This document shows, one piece after another, positions 28,093 to 37,444 of a DNA stretch of 64,000 nucleotides. Each line of letters starts with the position of its first letter. Position 1 is the stretch's first letter. The stretch is from an uncultured virus (IMG/VR IMGVR_UViG_3300042447_001246) (Duplodnaviria; Heunggongvirae; Uroviricota; Caudoviricetes): IMG/VR virus record IMGVR_UViG_3300042447_001246. One strand, given 5' to 3'. The position numbers and the translations under genes were made by a program. The notes beneath the pieces are model-generated. The model made no database searches. It was not told the origin of the DNA and worked only from the letters and a program-made list of their open reading frames with translations.

Positions 28093-29334
28093 TCACTTAA
28101 ATCCTGGAAAGAATGACGGAGGGAAGAACGGTGGGAAGAAAGGTGGGAAAAACGGTGGGAAAAACGGTGGGAAGAAAGGTGGAAAAAATGGAGGGAAGAA
28201 TGGCGGGAAGAATGGAGGAAAATAAGGTGGAAAGTAAGGTGGGGCAACTGGTGTAACCGAACCTGAAGTTGCAGATTGCGAGCCATACGCGTTTGATGCC
28301 GTTACGGTAAACGTATAAGAAGTACCGTTGCTAAGACCAGTAAGGGTGACTGGTGATGCCCCAGTTGATGAAACCCCACCAGGGGACGAAACTGTTGTAT
28401 GCGTTGTAGCACCAGTTCCAGCAGTGGCATTTGTATATGTAATAGTTGCTTGCGCGTTGCCGCCAGCAGCAGAAACGCTCGTTGGCGCTCCTGGTCTATT
28501 TCCTGCAGTAACAGAGTTTGATGATACTGACGTTGCAGAGCCGTATGTCGTAGATGCACTGACGGTGAATGTATAAGCGGTTCCAGCTGTTAGCCCAGTT
28601 GCTCTGATTGGACTTGTACCAGTAAAAGTCAAGCTGCCTGGAGTCGTGGTTACCGTATAAGTTGGAGAACCAGTCCCAGCTGAACCAGGAGTGAAGGGGA
28701 CATCGATTGCTCTGTCCACGTTTTGAACTATTGCTGCGGTACCAATTGTTGGAGCGGTTGGAGCGTTACCTGCAGTCACTGAGTTTGAAGAACCAGAAGT
28801 TGCTGAACCAAATAGGTTTGATGCAGTAACGGTAAACGTATAAGCGGTTCCAGCAGTTAGGCCGGTAACTCGAATTGGGCTAGAACCAGTTGCGGTTATT
28901 CCACCGGGTGATGATGTCGCGGTAAAAGTTGTTACACCAGTTCCTGCAGTTCCAGCTGTGTATGGAACATCAATTGCTCTATCGACGTTTGCGACAATTG
29001 AAGCAGTTCCAATTGTTGGTGCACCTGGGTTTTGGCCGATTGCAACAGACCCAGTTGTGACAGTGTCGGATGGAACTCCATAGTTTGTGTTTGCTACTAG
29101 AGAAAATGTATAAGTTGTTCCAGAAGTAAGACCTGTGAGTGTTATTGGTGAGCTAGATGCTGAAGCACTAACGTCTCCAGGGCTAGACGTCACCGTATAG
29201 GTAATTGTGTCTTTGCCAATATATTCAGACGGGGTAAAAGATATTGAAGCTACTGTGCCTGCGCCGGTATTGGTCGCAACGACATCTGTCGGTGTCGTTG
29301 GCTTTTTACCGCCACTATCTTTTAGTGCTTCCAT
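28093..29334 (-). CDS. Four-FN3-repeat virion protein ending in (PPYF)2(PPFF)8 (paralogue B)
   Basis: Four repeats of 'TGL(T/S).GT.YTF.V.A'. C-terminus APPYFPPYF(PPFF)8PPSFFPGFK. Confidence 0.85.
   Translation of the reverse strand: MEALKDSGGKKPTTPTDVVATNTGAGTVASISFTPSEYIGKDTITYTVTSSPGDVSASASSSPITLTGLTSGTTYTFSLVANTNYGVPSDTVTTGSVAIGQNPGAPTIGTASIVANVDRAIDVPYTAGTAGTGVTTFTATSSPGGITATGSSPIRVTGLTAGTAYTFTVTASNLFGSATSGSSNSVTAGNAPTAPTIGTAAIVQNVDRAIDVPFTPGSAGTGSPTYTVTTTPGSLTFTGTSPIRATGLTAGTAYTFTVSASTTYGSATSVSSNSVTAGNRPGAPTSVSAAGGNAQATITYTNATAGTGATTHTTVSSPGGVSSTGASPVTLTGLSNGTSYTFTVTASNAYGSQSATSGSVTPVAPPYFPPYFPPFFPPFFPPFFPPFFPPFFPPFFPPFFPPFFPPSFFPGFK
28105..28243 (-). repeat. 12-bp-period coding repeat (Pro-Pro-Phe/Tyr-Phe)
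   Basis: Ten complete units plus a variant. Synonymous codons differ between units. Confidence 0.9.
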
Positions 29335-29337
29335 GAT

Positions 29338-30114
29338 TTACGCCGAAAGGTCTCCGATGAGCACCCAGGTATCGGCTGCTCTTTTTATCAGCGTAGCACC
29401 AGACCACTGTGCGCGAAGCTTACGTCCTGGAGTTGCATTGACTGTCACCCCTGAACCTTGTGTTACAGTGCACTGCCCTGAGCCGGTCTGAATAATCGTG
29501 ATGTGAGTTCCAGTGGGAAATAGGACTGTTGAGTCTGGCGGAACCGTCAAAGTGTTTGCAGTTCCAACACCCATTTCAACAATCTTATTTCTATCTGAAA
29601 GCACAAGTACGTAACTGGCTGCTTGAGCATTTGTCAATGGCTCGGCCAATTTGTTTCTACCTATTCCAGCATCTGATGATATGTCTCCGTCGACGATGGT
29701 TCCATCTTCAATCATGTATGAAGTAATCACTGCCTGGTCTGTTAAAACTACAGCAGTACCCGCAATTTTGTCCGGGTTAATTTCTGCGCCGCTGGTAATA
29801 TGGATATCGCTAATAGCGTCATCATTAATCGTCAAAACACCAGAGCTAGTCATTTCAACATCGCCGGATATGGCGGTTGAAGTAGCAACACCGGATGAGT
29901 TGTACATAACAATTTTCCCAGCGTCGCTGTCCACAAGTCTGTTGAGAGGAACAGAATCCTCGGTTAGAGACGAACCAGCAACAGCGCCCGAAGAAAACAT
30001 TGCTGATGGGATTGTTACAAGAACCCAACCAGAACCGTTGAAGGTCCAGGTCTTACCCGCACTTACGTGAAGGTCGCCTGATTGCGCGTCTGATGGAAAG
30101 TCAATCGCTGGCAT
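29338..30114 (-). CDS. Short tail fibre/adaptor protein
   Basis: N-terminus 'IDFPSD..SAGKTWTFNGSGW' is similar to 36230-36412. The C-terminal domain ending 'W(V/F)(L/V)IGDL.A' is shared with 38482-41541. Start taken at MPAIDFP. Confidence 0.65.
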   Translation of the reverse strand: MPAIDFPSDAQSGDLHVSAGKTWTFNGSGWVLVTIPSAMFSSGAVAGSSLTEDSVPLNRLVDSDAGKIVMYNSSGVATSTAISGDVEMTSSGVLTINDDAISDIHITSGAEINPDKIAGTAVVLTDQAVITSYMIEDGTIVDGDISSDAGIGRNKLAEPLTNAQAASYVLVLSDRNKIVEMGVGTANTLTVPPDSTVLFPTGTHITIIQTGSGQCTVTQGSGVTVNATPGRKLRAQWSGATLIKRAADTWVLIGDLSA

Positions 30115-30116
30115 GA

Positions 30117-32882
30117 TTAAGCCTGTGCTTCCGTCCATGAGAGGCGGGCAAACACTGTCGCAGAAGCAGAACCGATGTTTGTAGCAACAATGTGCAATGT
30201 GTCTGGACCGTCTGGGTAAATGCCTGTTGTTGTTATCGTCGTGCCTCCGCCAAGAATTGAGTTACCAAGGTCTCGAACGTCTCCGAGGTCAATCTGCACA
30301 CCACCTGTACCACCCACAAAGAAACCACCAGTTACTTCGCCACCGCTAACCGTTGTTGATGTTCCTTGGTAGTCTGCAATTTGGGCCAAACTTGATGTAA
30401 CCGCTGTTGGCTTTGCCCATGTACGAGAGTTTGATGGAACACCATTCAGGATAGCCTGAACAAGAACGTTTGATGTAGAAGAAGTAGTCGTTACGTCAAG
30501 GTTTCTTAGCACCAACTGCATTCTGTTAACAAGCTCTCTTTCACCGAAGAACGCCGAGGTTCCGTTGTCTGCTGATGGAGAGACGCGAATAGCAATCAGG
30601 GTTCGTGTTGCTCCTGCCGAGATAGAAATACCGGTTGTCTGACCATAAGTAAACACGAGCGACTTGTCGTCGTCGAATCTTCCGTCCATGATTGCCGATG
30701 TACCCCAGTGAGATATTGAAGGCGCATATGTTGGGAATGCAAGCTCAACTCCAACTGGATTGGATGCTGAGTATGTAAATGCAAGAGCTGCGCTTGTTCC
30801 CATCGGGATTGCGTTTACTGTTGGGTTAGCCCCAGTCACAGCAGCACTTAACTTGATATTGGTGCCATCAATCTGTTGAATGAATGTTCCGTCTGGTACG
30901 TCTGTTCCAGTGACTCTTTGACCGACTTGCAGTCCAGAGTTTGATGCGACAGTTCCATCGTTTGCCCCAGCAGCAATTGTTAAGGCGAGGGAAGCGTTTC
31001 CTGTTTTTTGTCTTGTAAGACCAGTAAATGTTGTTGCAGTTTTCCCAGTGTAGTTGATGTATTCGTAACCAGTTGCCGTATTGAATACACACAATGTTCC
31101 AATGCTTGGGAATCCTGTTGTGCTTCCAACATTCATCGTTGTTGTTTCGGAGTCAGACAAAGTTCCAGTTAGCTGCGTATGTGGCGGCTGGCTGAGAGAT
31201 TCGTATCGCGCTGGAAGGTTTCCCGAACGCATGTACGCTTCGGCATTTGTGTTGTTGTTGATTATCTTGTGACAGTAAGTAACTTTTCCGTCTTTTGCAC
31301 GCATACCCCAACGGATGAAACCAGCACCATACCAAGAATAGTCGATGTAGAACATCTGCATTCTAGAAAGGTCAACGTTGTAACCAGATGCTCCAGTTCC
31401 ATCAAACTTGTCTAGATTCCATTCAGCTTGTGGATACTTTGAGTCCACTGTTTTGGAAACTGAAACCATGGTTGAAGTAGAACCACGCCATGCAGGGCTG
31501 ATTGTCAATTCAGTGTTGCTTGCAATGTCGGTAATTCTGTACGACTGACCTCGAGCAACGATGTAGTCACCGATTTCAAGCTGACCAGCATATCTCGTTG
31601 GGAACGCTGCGTTTGTTTGAGTCACGGTGCATGAGCCATTTGTGAATGTTGACTTTCCAGAAATCTGGAATGTTGATGAACGTTTTACGGCCCACAACGT
31701 TTGCCCGTCAAATTCAAAGAACACTCCGTTTTGGTCGTCAAACAAACCAATTCTGTTTACGTTTCCATACCAACCTGCAACGGTAATGTAATAAGGACCA
31801 GAAGCAAGAACGTTCGTTCCAGTCGAAGTTGCTGGAGTATACGTAAATGTATTGTACCCAGTAATCGTATAAACGGTTGTTGTACCGTTAAAGATTGCCT
31901 CATTAGCACCAAAAATGGTTATTGTCGAGCCTGGGTAGAGGTTATGCTTTTCCTTGGTTTGCACTGTAACCAAGTTTGTTGACGTGCTGTATGACAACTG
32001 GTCCAACTGAAGGTCTGGTTTGAGCAGTGTTCCAGATGACATCTGGATGCCTTTTCCTGACTGATAGCGGAAATAACGGCGTGTTTGACGTGCGGCCATT
32101 TCGTAATTAGATGTTCCGTTGTTTGAGAAAATAACACCGCCGTCAAAAGGTCTGTGTAGAAAGTTTCCTGATGGGGCTGTATAAATCGCCGCGCTTGTTG
32201 CTGTAAGAGTCCCGGTTGGTGCAACTGGGGCATGATAAACAAACTGTGTTGCGCTAATTATTCTTGAAACAAAGTTTGCGCCGTTTGGTGGGTTTGTGCC
32301 TGAAGTAGTAATTCCAGTTACTGCCACTTCGTTACCGATTGAAAGACCGTGCGGAATTGTCGTGGTCACTGTAACTGCAGTGCCAGAATACGAAACTGTT
32401 GGAGCTGCGCCTATTTTTGCGTTTGTAAAAATAACACCAGTAAAAATTGAAGTCTTATTTGCATCAAAAATTGCTGTCAATGTTCCGGTGTTTACCGCTT
32501 TACCTGTGTACGTAAATGATGTATTTGTCGTAACAGATTCAATTAGGTACGCACCGTTGGCAATAGATAGCTGTGTATCTCTGACGGTAATAGGCGTTCC
32601 AACAGCAAGCCCAGTTGTATCAGTCAGTGCAACCGTGACTGTTCTTGATGAAGTACTCATCGTAATGCCAGTAATCGACGATATAAAACTTGCCGAGTCA
32701 TAAATAAACGGTCTATTTCCAACTGTCGTAAGGTTTTCCCACTTTGAAATTTGTGTTCCATACTCAAAGTCGGTGTCAATCAACGACTGTGGCTGTGAGA
32801 CTCTTAACTTTTGGACAGGGTCAAAAAGTACTTCTTCTGGTGTAATCGGCGTTAAGCCAGGTGGTATTTGGTTAAGACCCAT
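30117..32882 (-). CDS. Large virion structural protein
   Basis: 921 aa, Thr/Ser/Gly-rich. 'KLRVSQPQSLIDTDFEYG', 'RQTRRYFRYQSGK' and 'IDYSWYGAG' are motifs I recall from aquatic myophage structural proteins. Confidence 0.65.
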   Translation of the reverse strand: MGLNQIPPGLTPITPEEVLFDPVQKLRVSQPQSLIDTDFEYGTQISKWENLTTVGNRPFIYDSASFISSITGITMSTSSRTVTVALTDTTGLAVGTPITVRDTQLSIANGAYLIESVTTNTSFTYTGKAVNTGTLTAIFDANKTSIFTGVIFTNAKIGAAPTVSYSGTAVTVTTTIPHGLSIGNEVAVTGITTSGTNPPNGANFVSRIISATQFVYHAPVAPTGTLTATSAAIYTAPSGNFLHRPFDGGVIFSNNGTSNYEMAARQTRRYFRYQSGKGIQMSSGTLLKPDLQLDQLSYSTSTNLVTVQTKEKHNLYPGSTITIFGANEAIFNGTTTVYTITGYNTFTYTPATSTGTNVLASGPYYITVAGWYGNVNRIGLFDDQNGVFFEFDGQTLWAVKRSSTFQISGKSTFTNGSCTVTQTNAAFPTRYAGQLEIGDYIVARGQSYRITDIASNTELTISPAWRGSTSTMVSVSKTVDSKYPQAEWNLDKFDGTGASGYNVDLSRMQMFYIDYSWYGAGFIRWGMRAKDGKVTYCHKIINNNTNAEAYMRSGNLPARYESLSQPPHTQLTGTLSDSETTTMNVGSTTGFPSIGTLCVFNTATGYEYINYTGKTATTFTGLTRQKTGNASLALTIAAGANDGTVASNSGLQVGQRVTGTDVPDGTFIQQIDGTNIKLSAAVTGANPTVNAIPMGTSAALAFTYSASNPVGVELAFPTYAPSISHWGTSAIMDGRFDDDKSLVFTYGQTTGISISAGATRTLIAIRVSPSADNGTSAFFGERELVNRMQLVLRNLDVTTTSSTSNVLVQAILNGVPSNSRTWAKPTAVTSSLAQIADYQGTSTTVSGGEVTGGFFVGGTGGVQIDLGDVRDLGNSILGGGTTITTTGIYPDGPDTLHIVATNIGSASATVFARLSWTEAQA

Positions 32883-33193
32883 TACGCTATCTCCATCCCG
32901 CTGATGTGGAATTTAATGTCAGTTGAGTTTGCATTCCCAGTGATTGTGTCCCCTGCCGCGAGAACCTGCTTGAGGTCTAGGGAAATAACAGAATTTCCAG
33001 GTATTTCAAGTGTTGGAACAAGAGGGATACCATCCAGACCGATTGAGTATGTGCCGCCAGCTACGGCATTATTGGCCACGACAATATTCGTAACAACAGT
33101 AGTCGTCAACGACGGCACTGTGTAGAGCACCGTCGCAGGGTTTGTGTAAACCGTTGCAGCGCCTCTAAAAAGAATTTCAGCTGTATTAGCCAT
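32882..33193 (-). CDS. Small virion structural protein
   Basis: 'LYTVPS.TTTVVTNIVVAN...VL.AGD.I...SGMEI'. GGAG RBS upstream. Confidence 0.6.
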   Translation of the reverse strand: MANTAEILFRGAATVYTNPATVLYTVPSLTTTVVTNIVVANNAVAGGTYSIGLDGIPLVPTLEIPGNSVISLDLKQVLAAGDTITGNANSTDIKFHISGMEIA

Positions 33194-33209
33194 TGATTAC
33201 TCCAGTCAT

Positions 33210-36200
33210 TTAGAACGCTCCCATGATAGACGCTACTCCGACATCGTCGGTGCTAGTTGAACGAGATACAAGAACCCAGGCTCCGTCATAGTAGACGAAA
33301 ACTTCGCTAGTTGTATTTTTAAACCAAAATTGTCCATTGGACGGGTTTTCTGGAGAGCTAGACCCAATGACGGCACCAATTCCAGATGAGCCAATTTCAA
33401 CCCAGTACGAGTCGTAGTAGACAAAGGTTATGGCGGAGTCTGTCTCAAACCAGAAGTCACCATCATCTGGGGAGCTTGGCGGCGTTGTACTTAGCGTCAT
33501 TTTTGCGCCAGCGTCAATGATGTGGTAGCTACTTCCGTCTCTAGTTGCTTCCCATCTGTCTTCTATTTCATTCCATCTAATATCGACGCTTGCACTTGAG
33601 CCTCGGTCAATTACGATTGCACCGTTGACCGTAGGTGCGCCAATTGTCCCAGCATTAAGAACAATCTTGCTGTCGGCGATATTTAGTTCTGCTTGGCTAG
33701 TTGTTTCTTGGTTTGTAGCAAATAGGTTAGTTACTACAAGTGTGTCAAACTGAACGCATGCGCTGGTTCCAACTTCCTGCCCAATTGAAATAGTTGGGGT
33801 TGCGCTTTCCCCGGAATTTTCAATAATCGTTACACCTGTGCCAGCAATAAGGTTGGCTACATAATTCCCAGTTGTATCAGTTCCCATTACAACAGAGTTT
33901 GGCTGGATGGCTGTTGACATCGTCACATTGCCAAGGTCGGTGAAGGTAACTGAGCCAGAAACATCACCAGACAATGTCAGTATTGGAGATACGCCAGTAA
34001 TTATTGGGCTTGTTAAGGTCTTATTTGTTAACGTGTCTGTGGTGTTCGTTCCAATTAGGGTGGTAGTTGCGTCTGGGAATGAAATAACCCTATCTGCTGT
34101 TGGATTTGTAAACGTGATTACTGTTTCAAATTCATCAGGGCTTGAGCCTTCAAAGGTTATTCCTCCGCCAAACTTCACCTCTGGGCTTCCAGACGAGATT
34201 GATGATGACGGTGTTACTACTGGGGTGTATCTAAACTGGTATGCAGATGTTACTTGAGCAACAGTAAAGTCTCCGTTATACCCCTCTTGCGTTGCTCCGG
34301 AAACTGTAATCCTTGCTCCGACATAAAGGCCGTGCTCGGAAAGAGTGTTGACAGTAGCAAGATTTGTTCCTGCATTATATGTCAAGTTGCCGTTTACGCT
34401 TAGGTTTGTGTTCCCTATCGAGAGTCCTGAAAATAGTGGTGAGTCTCCAGAACCGACAGGTTGTCCGATATTGATAGTTGGGGTTCCTGCCTCTGAAGCC
34501 ACTCCATTTGTTAGAGAAACACCAGTTCCGGCTATGACCGAAGCAACGAAGTTTCCACTTGTGTCAGTGCTTAGGTCAACCAAATCTGGAACCCAAGCTG
34601 TTCCGTTCCACTTAAGAAACTGACCACTTGTTGGTGCTGATGCAGAAACATCAGAAAGTTCATCCAATGCATGAGTTGATATTGATGAAACTGTTGCCGA
34701 GTTTCCTGAGATGCTTCCGTCAACAGAACCGGTTACGTTTCCGGTTAAGTTTCCAGTTACGTTTCCAAATAGGTTTCCAGTAACATTTCCAAGAACATCT
34801 CCGCTTACGCTTCCAGAGACGTTTCCAATCAGGTTTCCCGTTACATCTCCTGATACGTTTCCAATATGAAGACCTGTTGTATCTCCAAACACATCTCCGT
34901 AGACATTGCCAGTTAAATCTCCGGTTACATTTCCTGCCACGCTTCCAGAAACACTTCCGTATAGAATTCCTGTTACATCTCCAGTAACTTCTCCAATATG
35001 AGTACCAACTAGCGTGCCTTGAAACTCGGAGGCATAGATATTGTTGGTTGCGGTTATATTGCTGTAGAAAATTGGATTAAGCAGGTCTGCTTTTTCATTT
35101 AGCTGTGATTGAATATTTGCGCTTGCGCTATTTAGATATTCGAGCTGTTCTCTTGTGGTTGCAATTTCAAATAATTTATTTAAATCACCAGAAGTTGCAG
35201 TAAGACCATTTATGTCTGTTGTGTATAGGGTGATATTAGCTGAACCATCAAATGATTGACCGCCAATCAATCTTGGCGTTTCAAGAACTACAGCTTCAGC
35301 GGCTACACCGTTTAGATATGCAGTTACTCCAGCAAATGTAACGCTTGAGCTTGTGGCTACATTTTGACCAATAGCAAGTGTGTTTCCGGTTTTTGTTATT
35401 CCAGTTCCAGCTGTTATTGGTGCTGTTCCAGAAAATTGTGTAAAGTTTATTGCGTCTACGCCGATTATGTGTGCTTTGTCATCACCGGTTCCAGACGAGA
35501 CAACTAGAAAACCTTGGTTTACATTGGTTGCTCCAGAACCTACATAAAGTGCTTCTCCAGGTTGTATTTCTGCGCTATATGTACTTGAGTCAAAATCTGA
35601 AGCTCTTTCCAAAACCCATTGAGAAGAAACACTTCCCTGAGCTTCTACAACGTAGACACCGTTATGAATGGGATTGGCTTGGTTCTTTACAAGAATTCGT
35701 TGCCCGTCTGATGCGTTTTGTCCGTCAACAACAAGTCTTGCGTTGCCAACAGAAGTGAGTGTTGCGCCAACACCATTAGTTCCATTTGAGTACGTTGGTG
35801 TGTTTGGAAGAACTGCGGCAGTAGCGAAGATTGCAAAATCATGCCAATTTATAGACGCAGCAATTCCGTCAACATAGGCTTTTGTGGCTGCATGGGAGTC
35901 ATCTGTCGGGAGATTATTAAGAGTTACCTGAGCAAATGCTGGAGACGCTGAAACAGCAACGCTCTGCCCGATGTTTATGGTCGGCGTAGTTCCAGAGCCT
36001 GAGTTGCCCGTAATTGTTACGCCAGTGCCCTGTGTGAGGGACTCTACGTAGTTGACAGCGTCAAGACTTCCATAGAAATAGTCAAGCTCAGTCCATGAAC
36101 TCGACCCATCGCCAAGCTTTATCTTCTCAGTGTCTGACTCAAGGCCTATTTCGCCGGCCGAAAGTACTGGGTCTACTGAGGTCCAGTTGGCAGCAAGGTC

Positions 36201-36230
36201 GCGACGGAATAAAATCTTCTTATAAGCCAT
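33210..36230 (-). CDS. Long tail fibre with Mtd/hyaluronidase-like N-terminal anchor
   Basis: N-terminus 'ILFRRDLAANWTSVDPVLSAGEIGLESDTEKIKLGDG..W..L.Y', G-x-V-x repeats and modular fibre segments. Confidence 0.8.
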   Translation of the reverse strand: MAYKKILFRRDLAANWTSVDPVLSAGEIGLESDTEKIKLGDGSSSWTELDYFYGSLDAVNYVESLTQGTGVTITGNSGSGTTPTINIGQSVAVSASPAFAQVTLNNLPTDDSHAATKAYVDGIAASINWHDFAIFATAAVLPNTPTYSNGTNGVGATLTSVGNARLVVDGQNASDGQRILVKNQANPIHNGVYVVEAQGSVSSQWVLERASDFDSSTYSAEIQPGEALYVGSGATNVNQGFLVVSSGTGDDKAHIIGVDAINFTQFSGTAPITAGTGITKTGNTLAIGQNVATSSSVTFAGVTAYLNGVAAEAVVLETPRLIGGQSFDGSANITLYTTDINGLTATSGDLNKLFEIATTREQLEYLNSASANIQSQLNEKADLLNPIFYSNITATNNIYASEFQGTLVGTHIGEVTGDVTGILYGSVSGSVAGNVTGDLTGNVYGDVFGDTTGLHIGNVSGDVTGNLIGNVSGSVSGDVLGNVTGNLFGNVTGNLTGNVTGSVDGSISGNSATVSSISTHALDELSDVSASAPTSGQFLKWNGTAWVPDLVDLSTDTSGNFVASVIAGTGVSLTNGVASEAGTPTINIGQPVGSGDSPLFSGLSIGNTNLSVNGNLTYNAGTNLATVNTLSEHGLYVGARITVSGATQEGYNGDFTVAQVTSAYQFRYTPVVTPSSSISSGSPEVKFGGGITFEGSSPDEFETVITFTNPTADRVISFPDATTTLIGTNTTDTLTNKTLTSPIITGVSPILTLSGDVSGSVTFTDLGNVTMSTAIQPNSVVMGTDTTGNYVANLIAGTGVTIIENSGESATPTISIGQEVGTSACVQFDTLVVTNLFATNQETTSQAELNIADSKIVLNAGTIGAPTVNGAIVIDRGSSASVDIRWNEIEDRWEATRDGSSYHIIDAGAKMTLSTTPPSSPDDGDFWFETDSAITFVYYDSYWVEIGSSGIGAVIGSSSPENPSNGQFWFKNTTSEVFVYYDGAWVLVSRSTSTDDVGVASIMGAF
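34700..35010 (-). repeat. Tetrapeptide G(N/D/S)(V/L)(T/S/x) repeat tract within the fibre
   Basis: GEVTGDVTGILYGSVSGSVAGNVTGDLTGNVYGDVFG...GNVTGNLTGNVTG. Confidence 0.8.
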
Positions 36231-36412
36231 TAAGCATCGCCTCCGTCAGCAACCTGGGTATCGTTGGCCTCATCGATTTCGATGTCGGCAAACCCACCGT
36301 CAATTATCGCAGATTTAAACCTTTGCCAACGCAACCCATTCCACACCCAAGACTTTCCGGCGACAGAAAACTCGTCATTTGTTGACGGCGATGGTGGGAA
36401 AACAATTGGCAT
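36230..36412 (-). CDS. Small fibre-associated protein
   Basis: 'IVFPPSPSTNDEFSVAGKSWVWNG..W' matches the N-terminus of 29338-30114. CATAAT lies 6 nt upstream. Confidence 0.65.
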   Translation of the reverse strand: MPIVFPPSPSTNDEFSVAGKSWVWNGLRWQRFKSAIIDGGFADIEIDEANDTQVADGGDA

Positions 36413-36431
36413 GTGTTCATTATGGCATACC

Positions 36432-36674
36432 TCAGTCTTTCACTACCTCTAGTCTTTCGTTTTCCATTAGCTTTTTTGAAAATGTATTCAGTCCGTGAAC
36501 ATAGCCGAGTGGTTCTGGAATGTTTAATTCAATGCAAACATCTACGAGCTTTCCGTCCCTAATGTCAGTCCAGGCATCAATCATTGCTTGCGCCCCAGAT
36601 TTGCCACTGATGTGGTATTTATCTGAAATAAGCTGAACAAGCTCATCATCGTAATTCCATGTTTTTAAAGTCAT
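36432..36674 (-). CDS. Hypothetical protein
   Basis: 80-aa ORF coupled by ATGA to the GNAT gene. Confidence 0.55.
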   Translation of the reverse strand: MTLKTWNYDDELVQLISDKYHISGKSGAQAMIDAWTDIRDGKLVDVCIELNIPEPLGYVHGLNTFSKKLMENERLEVVKD

Positions 36675-37138
36675 TGTGGATTTTCTTCTGCTCGCTTCTG
36701 CTCAATGTATTTTTGAGCCCATCTTGCTCCGGCTGCAGTGCTTTTTACACCCAATAGACCCTCATTGAAGTCGTATTCATATCCGCGCCCGTTCAGAAAC
36801 TCTTCTCGCGAATAATCCAAGACCTTTGAAGCTATTCCCATATTTTGGTAATCTGGGTGGACATTGAGCATGAACGGCTTTTGCACCTCGTCTTTTATGT
36901 ACGAACCGTAAACACACAGAAGCAAGCCATCTTCTCCGCGATATAAATCTATGTTTACATCGACCGAATTCTCGTGGCCGAAAAGGTGTGGGGCGGCTGC
37001 TGGAATTGTCTGTTTAGAAAAACCTGGCTCTCCAAATTCTCCAAACCTATACTCCAAAAAAGACCATTCGGCAAATGTGAAATCCTGAACGTTGGTATCT
37101 AGATTTTCCCATGGCTTATCTACGTTTGCATCGCTCAT
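36671..37138 (-). CDS. GNAT-family N-acetyltransferase-like protein
   Basis: Motif A: 'LNVHPDYQNMGIASKVL'. Confidence 0.7.
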   Translation of the reverse strand: MSDANVDKPWENLDTNVQDFTFAEWSFLEYRFGEFGEPGFSKQTIPAAAPHLFGHENSVDVNIDLYRGEDGLLLCVYGSYIKDEVQKPFMLNVHPDYQNMGIASKVLDYSREEFLNGRGYEYDFNEGLLGVKSTAAGARWAQKYIEQKRAEENPQ

Positions 37139-37146
37139 AACTGTGA

Positions 37147-37392
37147 CTAATCCTCCAATGGCGCTCGTGGGGCGCCGTTTTCATACACCCATCCACCTCG
37201 GATGTGGTCGTAGTATTCACTATCTATTGGTATCTCTATTATCTTTGGGTCACTTGCTAGGGCTGTAACAATATATTCATAGCCGCCCTGCTGGTCTATC
37301 CATTCAGGATTTGGAGCCCAAGTAAAGGCAACTTCTCCGTCAACGACAACTGAGAATTTTCTTAAACGTTTTGCAGTTTTTTGTTGTTCCAT
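37147..37392 (-). CDS. Small 'VVDGEV' protein, paralogue of 7967-8200
   Basis: 'FSVVVDGEV...ALASDPKIIEI...GWVYENG'. Confidence 0.7.
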   Translation of the reverse strand: MEQQKTAKRLRKFSVVVDGEVAFTWAPNPEWIDQQGGYEYIVTALASDPKIIEIPIDSEYYDHIRGGWVYENGAPRAPLED

Positions 37393-37444
37393 AGTGTTTA
37401 GATTCTAGCGGTATCTAATGCACTACCGAATACCGATTCACACT

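Noticed and set aside
28093..28243. Resemblance of PPFF to the cyclic peptides antamanide and cyclolinopeptide A
   Set aside because: No prolyl oligopeptidase or other macrocyclase and no leader/follower structure is visible. Treated as coincidence.
28100..28245. Possible CRISPR array or non-coding satellite
   Set aside because: There are no spacers, the unit is 12 bp and in frame within a CDS, and no cas genes are present.
27968..28286. ORFs with GGKN/GGKK or HSSR repeats (also EREERE and RSSRSS ORFs near 7530-7838 and 37418-37767)
   Set aside because: Other-frame or antisense translations of the Pro/Phe repeats. Synonymous variation at the PPFF locus is consistent only with the PPFF frame.
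33210..36230. Diversity-generating retroelement suggested by the Mtd-like N-terminus
   Set aside because: No reverse transcriptase is in the window, and I saw no TR/VR pair differing only at adenines. The Mtd-like part is just the N-terminal anchor.
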